Below, in pieces: positions 10,101-19,100 of a stretch of 64,000 nucleotides of DNA. The stretch is from an uncultured Planctomycetia bacterium (GTDB lineage: Bacteria; Omnitrophota; Gorgyraeia; Gorgyraeales; Gorgyraeaceae): assembly GCA_964566255.1 (NCBI GenBank), contig CAZMID010000001.1, positions 10,799-74,798 on the forward strand. The letters run 5' to 3'. Position numbers and translations under genes: made by a program. The notes below the pieces were generated by a model that was not told the DNA's origin, did no database searches, and saw nothing but the letters and a program-made list of their open reading frames with translations. Positions within the stretch are counted from its first letter, which is position 1. Each line of letters starts with the position of its first letter.

Positions 10101-13100
10101 AACTATAATAGTACCTATTCTAGGGTCCTTTATAGATTCTATATATTGATTGCTCGGGCGAGGTAATAATTTAAAATTGTCCTTACTCACAGATACATCA
10201 ACATCTGCTATTTTTGAATCATGGCGCAGGACATCAATAAAACGCTGCCCATATACACGTGCGGGCAAAGCATCTTTTCTTTCTCTTACTATGAATTCTT
10301 CTACAGCATCTTTACCAAAAATCTCAACTAACCGCTTTTCCTCTTCCTTAGTTACTTCAGGATAATCTGCCCAAAGAATAGCTTCATTATAAGTAGGATA
10401 AAAAATTTGAGGGATGCCCACCTTTTCTATATCAAGTCCCCATACCATAGCCAATATATCATTGGCTAATGTCGCTTTTTCCTCATCTACTCCATTTACT
10501 CCTTTATCTCCGCATCTCCTATATGCCCTAAGTTTAAAATATACAGCAAGGTTATTGAGATTTCTTATGCTGTTGCCCTTTAAGGTAAAAGTAGTATAAA
10601 GGTTTTTATTCTTGGGTGAAAGGAATTCATTGTCAATTATCCTGGCTATATTTAACTGGTCCGACAAGAACGAAATAACACCTGGTGTATTAAAAAACTG
10701 CTCCTCCAACGGTCTATTTTTATCTTCAGCCAATAACAGTTTAATTTTTTCTAATAAAACTTCCTCTAAAGAATCCGACTCTTTATCTGGTCTGTAGTCA
10801 AGTAAATCTGCAAAGGTTGATTTCCGCATAACATCTGCCAGTACACCCGGACCATCTCCTTCAGTAGATACGCTTCCGAAAATAGGTCTTATAGATTCTA
10901 TAATTTTTCCTGTACTGCCTCCGTCATCAGTGGAAGGAGAGCCCACCTTAATATTTAAACCTAGTAGCTGGCATGCCCTAAGAGTTACCTCTTTCATGCC
11001 TCCTCCGCCTCCAATTACCAGAACCTGTGGAGGAATCTCTTTTCTAATCTCTATGGCTTCTTTTTCTTTATGCGACAGGACCCTATTATCCAAGACTCCC
11101 AAAATTACCCTAGCCACAGTATCTCCAGTAGAAAATGCCTCTTTTAGTATTTCACCGTCAAGGATTTCTTTAACTTGAGCTTTACTCTTATTAGAATACC
11201 TAAGCTTATATATATCAAGGAGTGTTTTATAATTATCACTTGTTTCGATTTCACGAATAGAAATAGGACGTCTTATTTCTGCATACCCTTTAAGCTCAGA
11301 GTGTAAAAAATAATTGTTTAGGTATTTTTCTATAACAAAATTTCTTCGCTGAGGAGTACACTTCAAGAGAGTACCTAAGAATCTAAAGTAACAGCCTGAC
11401 TTAAATGCTGGCCTTTGAGTCTCAAAGTAATCACTGATTACTTCTTGGGTGGTTTTAGTTCCTATAATCTGCTCGCTAACCAATTTATGGAACTCAATGT
11501 CTCTATGAATCAGTTTTCTCTCTTCAGCTCTTTCTTTTTCAACTAAGTCCAGCTCGTTATCATGGCCTAATTCATGAAAATATCTCTCTGCAAGAATTGT
11601 TACAACAGCCTCAAAATGAGATTCATAATCTTTAAGAAGTGTATCTATATAGGATTGGGAAAAGATTAATTCTACTTCTCCAGTACTAGCGTTAAAGTAA
11701 CGAACGGCGGTTAGGGGGAGCATGGATGATACCTTTACTCTTATTGCCGGGTCGTTGTTATCAGGCTTTGATAATACACTTGCAAAATATTCTTTTAACC
11801 CAGGGTCGTCCTCTATTATAGACTCTATAATTCCAAAAGATGCGTTTGAAAGTTCTGCTAATATTGATGCCTGCATATAATCATCCGCTGCTTTGAATCT
11901 CTGAGGTTCAGGCCTAGATAAATCCAATGTTAATTCATATTCTTCTTTGAAGGAACCTTCTAGTGCAGAATAAAAGATTATATTTCCATCACTAGCAAAC
12001 GTCTTTAGCAATCCACTAGCAGTATGTCTCCTCTCAACCTCTTCATAATCCAAAGACTCCTTTAAATCCTTATATGAAAACCCTTCAAACTGCTTAACAT
12101 CCCAGGTTTTCTTAGGGTCGACTTCGATATCTACCTCTACTTCTATGTTTCTTTTTGTTCCTTGGGTATCTACAGGAATATCGGTAATTACTTTGTCGGC
12201 ACGAGCTATTACTTTATCATCTGGCCTATAGAGCGCAACTGCCAAGCTTCCTGAATGTGCATCTATCTCATCTACGACACTGTTCACTATAACAGCGCCT
12301 TTTCTAACGATACCTTTATTTATACGTGTATTACCTAAAATAACAGCGCCTTTTTCTACAACTACGTCTTTACCTAATACAGCTTTATTGTCTATAATTG
12401 AGGAGGGCTGCATAAAAGAATATCCTGTAACCTGCCTCAATATGTCATCACTAAGAAGATTAGTGCATCCTAAGTAATAACGCTGGTTGGTTCCTAAGTC
12501 TGTTATATAGGTCTCTTTTCCTGTATATACGAATCCAAAATCTACTCCGGCAGCAGCTAATTCTCCTGCACGCTTGCCAACATCCTGATTTAAATCCTGA
12601 GCCTTTAAGTTGATATCTGGTCCATTGGGAATGCCTTTTGGATCAACAAATCTCTCAATAGCTTCCTGGTCAAGATGGTATACAGTAAGGTTATTGACAG
12701 GATGGTATACTGTATCAGAATATCTTTTTAAGTAATCTATCTCCTGGGGTGACTTTCTCTTATACATCGCTACAAATCTGCCGTTACTATCTACTTCTAT
12801 CTTGCCAAAATAATCGAATTCTGGATGGCCTAGTTCAACCCCGCCTCCTAATAACTGAACCCCATGTTCACCTAACCCTTTAACAGGCTCGGTTATACTG
12901 AATATCCTGTCTGTAGGCATACTTATTATACCTGTATCATTCTCTCCTAAAAGCTGCATACTCTGACGTATGGCCTGAAAGATATTAGGTTCGCCGTTTA
13001 TTGAACTCATAAACCCTTTATTGCCATAGCCATCTGAAGCAGTAAGAGGATATGTCCTCTTGCCGTCTCCTCCTGTCAAGACTGTAACTACACGCTCTTT

Positions 13101-16100
13101 ATCAAAATTTACCCCGCCCTTGTATAGTTTATCTAAGCCTCGTAAAAACGCCGAGAGGTTTCCATCAATATCATCATCCTGGACATAGATTATGACAGGG
13201 ACTGTTCCTTCTTCTCGTCTTTTCCTCATTGCATCCTGAATAACCGAATCATCAGTATCCTTATTTACTACCAGGATAACACTATTTTGAGGGATAACTT
13301 TCCCCCTTGCGCCTTCCAGAGACTGTTTAATTTGTTCTAGTCCGTCTGATTTTAATAAAAGAATAATGGCATCATGATACACTCTTGAATCAGCCAGCCC
13401 TTTTTCTAGGCGTGCCCTCTGTATGTGTATTCCATACTCTGGTGAATCGCTAAATCTGCGAGCTATCTCTTCTTCAGATAAAGGAGCGCCCTGCGTAGAA
13501 TAAAGTCCGTCTGCCACCTGCAGACCCATATATGCTGCACCTACTGTCTGTCCGAACCTTGCGGCAAATTCACTGTTAAATTCCTTGCTTATACCCTTTC
13601 CTACCTGTCTTACATAATCATCTTCTGAGGCGAGCAGTATATTTACTGTCTCTCTATCTCCTATTTCTTTGGTTAAATATTTCCTTGCTGATTCAGTTAT
13701 TAATCTACCAGCCATACCGCTGGTACACGCCCCGAACAATACAACATGTTCTATTTTAAGGTCTTTTAAGCTAGTTGCTACGGCTACTGCGAGATAAGAG
13801 CCAATGGTCTTAAAGATTTTTTCTGCTTCTTGCCTTTCAGGGTTTGTTTTAGGAAGCTCTAATTTACTCTGTACATACTTTAACTTAGGCCTGTTTCCGA
13901 TTGCCTTTTTAAACTCTTCTAGTTTACTCCCGGTTAAACTGGCCTTGACATGAGAGACAATATCATCTTTATTATCAAGATTAATTTTTTCTTTGGCAGC
14001 GAATCTTCGGGCTACAATCTCTTCAAACCCTTTATCAAAATCAGGCCATACCTTGCGGGCAAGATGTAAAACGCCTCTTTGTGAAGTATACTGCTGAAGA
14101 GCGCCTCTTATCCTCAACCCCTCATGATATCCAGCTTCACTGGACAAATCTATACTACATTTACCCATCTCACCAAGATAGTCATTCAATTGACCTTTAT
14201 TATCTACATATCCTGCGGCCAATCCAGTGCCTAAGCTTAAGGCCAATACATTATTTAGCCCTAATGTACCGGCTAAAGACAATGCTGCTGCATCTCCATC
14301 ATTTAATACTCCTACAGGCACTCCTCCCAATGATTCGCTTATGCGCCTTCCCATAGGAGCCACCTTTGTCCAAAATTCTTCAGAACCTATTCCTCTATAT
14401 GCCCTGGTACCTTCCTGAGTAATCCTTCCATTGACAACAGCCCCTGCTGTACTAAGGCCTATGCCATCAAGTTTAACCTCTGAAATACCAGCAGTATATA
14501 CTCCTTCTATAAAGCTTTCTATTTCCTCAAGAGGGGTATTGGCATTATGCGCCAATTCTTTGAGTTTTCCTTTCAATTCACGTTTTGATCTAGAGCTAGT
14601 TTTTTCAACCTCTATGGCGGCCTTGGCTAAGCGTACCATGGTGACAAAATAACTTAAATGTTCATCTGAATTCTTGAATTTATACGACTCCCAGTTTATT
14701 TCCTTGGCAAAGATACAGCGGCCTTCTATAAATGAAGCTACCTTTACATCGCTTGCGCCTACATCCATTCCTACAATCATACCTCTATGATAATCTTGGG
14801 CAGGGGCTGATTCTTGCTGACTTAACTCGATATCTTCTGAATCAATCTTATCTGCAGACTCTATCTTAAACTTAGTCTCATATATACAGCTAAAATAAGA
14901 AGGGATACGGCTGTAGAGACCTTTTGTAAATAAACGTTCTATTCTCTGGTATAGTTCCTTAGGAGCCTTTATCTTTATGCCTTCAGCGCCAATACGTGAT
15001 AGGGTACTTGCGATCTCGAGGCATAAATAATCAGCCAATTCATCCAATTGGGTATCATCCATTCTTGTAATCGCAGGAATAGCAATTGACCTTCTGTGGT
15101 AGACAGCACCCTTGCTTGTAAGGCCTATTTCCACAGAGTTCTCTGCAGATAATTCCTCATATTGACGTTCCCTTTCAGTGATGGGTGCAAAGGATATACC
15201 TTCATTACTTGCTAATACGTCTGATTCTTTTCTAGTTAAATAATGTTCAACCTTGCCAAAGAAGCGTTCCACATCCTGTTCTGCATCTTTGACAGTTGAA
15301 TCAAATGTAATAAGCATTGTCTTACGGCCTCTATCTACTGTAGCACCTATTGCAGCTATCAGCTGCGCCCTTATTAAATTATCGCTAAATTCTAATGCGT
15401 CGGGTTGCTCCATAACATCGGGCATAAATAATGTATCAACCCACATGTCTTTACCATATTGCTTGTTCTGTTCAGTAGAATGAAGCTTATCAGGTGCTGG
15501 TGAAATTTTAGAAGCTATCTTAAGGCCATTTGTAAATATTTCAGTTTTTGCTGCTTGCAAGATACCTTCCATATCTTCTGTCATTCTTCCATAAAACCCG
15601 AATTCCTTTGCCTCAAAATCAGGTTTTGACTCTAATATTTTTATAATCGCTGCTGCATATACTGCAGGCGCATCATTCATATCTGAACCTAATTTTCTAA
15701 CTCCAGTCTCGAGGTCATCCTGAGTAAGAATACCAGCTGCAATCAACCTGTCATAATATAAATTGAGCTTACCAAATGAAACACTCTTCCAGTCTTCTGG
15801 AATCTCTACTTTCTGATCTGACCCTAAGTCATCCATTATCTTAGTTAGAATCTTTTTATAATCCTGTACTCCTTCTTGATCAACAGCGCAAATATCCCAT
15901 AGATAAGCCACTGTTATTACAGATCTCTGAAAGCCAAGCATTATACCTCCCAGAGAATCTATATCATCAACATCTATTTCAAATACAGGGTATCTATTTT
16001 TCTTCAAATGGCTCCAGAATTCATCATTGGTCTTTTTGTCTCCTACATTTATCCTCAAAAACACCCTGTCACTATCTTCAACATCCTTAAGGGACGCGAT

Positions 16101-19100
16101 AGAAAGATCCTCATCATAAAATAGGCTGATGCCTTTTCCTTCCTTTCCTAAAGATTCTTCAATGAGCTGCTCTGCCCACACAGGCAGATTTTGAAGTTCC
16201 TTTGGCACCATTAGAGTCAACTTATCCTTACCTAATTCAGCTGCCATATAGTAAAGATAGGCACCCAAGATTATAAAGGTATCCTCGTTTATATCTTTAA
16301 TATCATTCATCTTCAGCGCTACCTCAAGTATTTTTTCTACTTTTTCAGGCGCCGAAATCGCCAATACAAGGAGAAATACCAATGTCTGAGGGCTAGTAAA
16401 CCTGCCCCCTATATCTCCTTCTCCATTAAGCTGTATCTCTCGCTGTTCATAACCATGTTCATCCATTGGAGAACCTTTATCAGTTATAACCCACATATGA
16501 TCTTCGGGTTCAATATTAAATTTCTTAAATAAGTCAAATAACTCTTCAAAATATCCTTTCTGATCTACGGTTTCCCTAGTAGTTCCTGATTTACTGATAG
16601 GAATGACAAGGGTTTCTAATAATGCCTTTTCTAAAGAACCAGCATCTTCTGCTATTACATCAAACATATACTTTATTTCTTCAGGGGTTGTTGTTCTAAA
16701 ACTAAATATCTTATAGCCTCCTGGCTCTCCAAATGTTATTTTAACGACCTGAACACTTAAACCAGATCCGCCCATTCCACAGAATATAATATATTTAAAC
16801 TTACTTCTTATCTCTTCAGCATCGTCAAGCACACTCTGTATCTTTTCAGGATTTTTAAGTAGCCATTTCAGATTCTTAACGGTCCAACCTGCGCGGTTCT
16901 TTGGGGGTTCTTCAGGGTTACTTGCATCAAAAATCGCCTTAAGCATTTTCGAAGAAACCAAATCCTCTGCTTCCTCAAAAGATGTTCCATAGACTGCATG
17001 CATCTGGCCGCGTATATCTTCCTGACCTAATTGCAGCAAAATATCATCTAATCTGGTATCCTCCATAATTCCAGTATCTAAGGTATGATTACTTGCTAAC
17101 ACATCTGATTTCTTAGCTTTTGCAATTGTAAAAGTTGCCTCAGCTGCTGGAGATGGTTCATATGATAGATCCATTAATGCCTTTTTCATTGCAGGACCAC
17201 TCAGAGTAGGATCAATTTTCTCTCCAGATGCTACACCTATAAAATCACCTATATCTGTAACTATGGTTTCTTTGGTTTGAGTATGAACTATTATTATGCT
17301 CTCTGGCTGGACCATTACATTAATATCACCTGTAAGCGTCTCTCGGAATTGAGGCGTAAACATCTTCTGCAGTTTTGCTGCTAATTTTTTACTTTCTATA
17401 CCTTTATCCCTAAGAACAGCTACCCCAACAGAAACTACTGCCATGAGAATTCTTTGAGTCTTTAATTCTTTACCGCCTTCTATATTAGGAACAACCTTGT
17501 TATTAAAATCATCCACAAAATCTGGTTTTACAAATGTAGCTATGATAGGGCACCTTAAAGTATCGTTTAAACCCTTAAGAAGTTCTTCTATGGGTTTACG
17601 TTTTCCTGAGAGTAGAAAATGATAATTCTCTTCATCTATATCAGTAGATGAATAAGGGGATACCACTACATAGGAATAGCCTTTTTCTCTTAGAAGCTTT
17701 GTGATACCTTTTGTGTGGAATCCTCCTGCAACAAGACTAGCTACCTTAGCATCGCGCTTTTCTATCTCAGAAACAGAATTTCTTACCATTGCAACGTCAC
17801 GCTGTCTTACAGTCTTATAGAAGTCCTCAAGCCCCTGAAGATGAAAATCTATGAGATTTGGATTATAGTCTATAAAGGCGGAGATATCATGTTTTTTAAG
17901 GGCTGGCTTTAGAAAGGATTTAAAAAAACCTACTTTGTGAGACTCTCTATTAGCTAAGTAATAATCAAGTTCTTCATTTGATACCTTTAAATTAAAAAAC
18001 CCTTCCAAGAATTTGATGTTCCGGAGGGCTTTAATGAATGTCTTTTGTTCGTCAGTCTTTGCAAGTCGCATCTTCACTTCATAGGTAAGATCTTCCATTT
18101 CAGTGAAGAGCTTCGTAGAATCTAAAGAGTTTACCTTTGTGAGATAGCTTAAGAAGTCATTAAGATTAGGGTATTTTGAGATCTTATCCGGGATATGTTT
18201 TAAGGCTAGATCTTTTAAATAGCTATAAAATGAAAAAGGGGATATCTTCTGTTCCCTAAAAAGCTTGGCCTTTACCATCAATGCATCTTTATCTTTGCGC
18301 AATTTTCTGCCTGAAAGCTTTGCCTGCAGATTTAAAAGTAGATTCTGAGATTCCTGCATTACCTTTACTTGATTAATCTTTTGTTCCTGCTCTGTAGCCT
18401 CAGTTAAAAGTGAGATGTTTCTATACTTATCTGTGGAGATGTCGAATTTTCTTACATAGGAAGTAAGATGTTTTAAAAATGCGTCTGTTTCTATTTTTTC
18501 ATTCTCATAATCAACTTCTTTTTGGTCTAAATTTAGAAGCTCTTTTGAATAAATCTTAGATTTAAGCTGATCTAATGCCTTCTGAGCCTGAGAGATAAAG
18601 ACCTGGGATTTGGGGGAGAATTTCATAATGCGGTTAAATTCTATGATGTTCTTAAAATAGATATCTCTATCTTCTATCCCCCAGATAGGTAGGTCTGGGT
18701 ATTTTGTAATAGAGAGGTATTCTTCTCCTGTTAGTTCACCTGAATTTATAAATAGACGTGCTGTCTTTTCCCTTATCTCATAATCTGGAAAGCTTGACAC
18801 GCTGGATGTATCTACTTCTCCATCTGCTCCTTCTGAGCAGACTAAGCCCATATTGTAATCTTTTAAAAGAATCTCTAAGATACTCGCAAGATTAAGTTCT
18901 GCCTCTGGGTTTGTGTGTAAATCCTGTATGTGGACTATAAGGCGTGAATCTTTTGAAGGAGATTCATATACTTCTGTGACCCTTCCTAATTCTGACGGTA
19001 TATGTATCTGAGAGAGGTCTTTTAAATGGGATGAGAGGACGACTTTTGCTTCTTTTCTATGCTTTTCTGCCTTCTTAGTATCTTCTCCTTCAAAGATAGA

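Noticed and set aside
16917-16928. DASN (GAT GCA AGT AAC), and LLASE near 13630, as extra boundary motifs
   Set aside because: Only partial matches. DASN is about 57 aa from copy 1 at the start of the PGI domain, and LLASE lies within ROK1 with different codons.
5589-17099. LASN 12-mer as a CRISPR repeat or IS end
   Set aside because: Too short, spaced 1-8.6 kb apart, in frame within a CDS; no cas or transposase genes.
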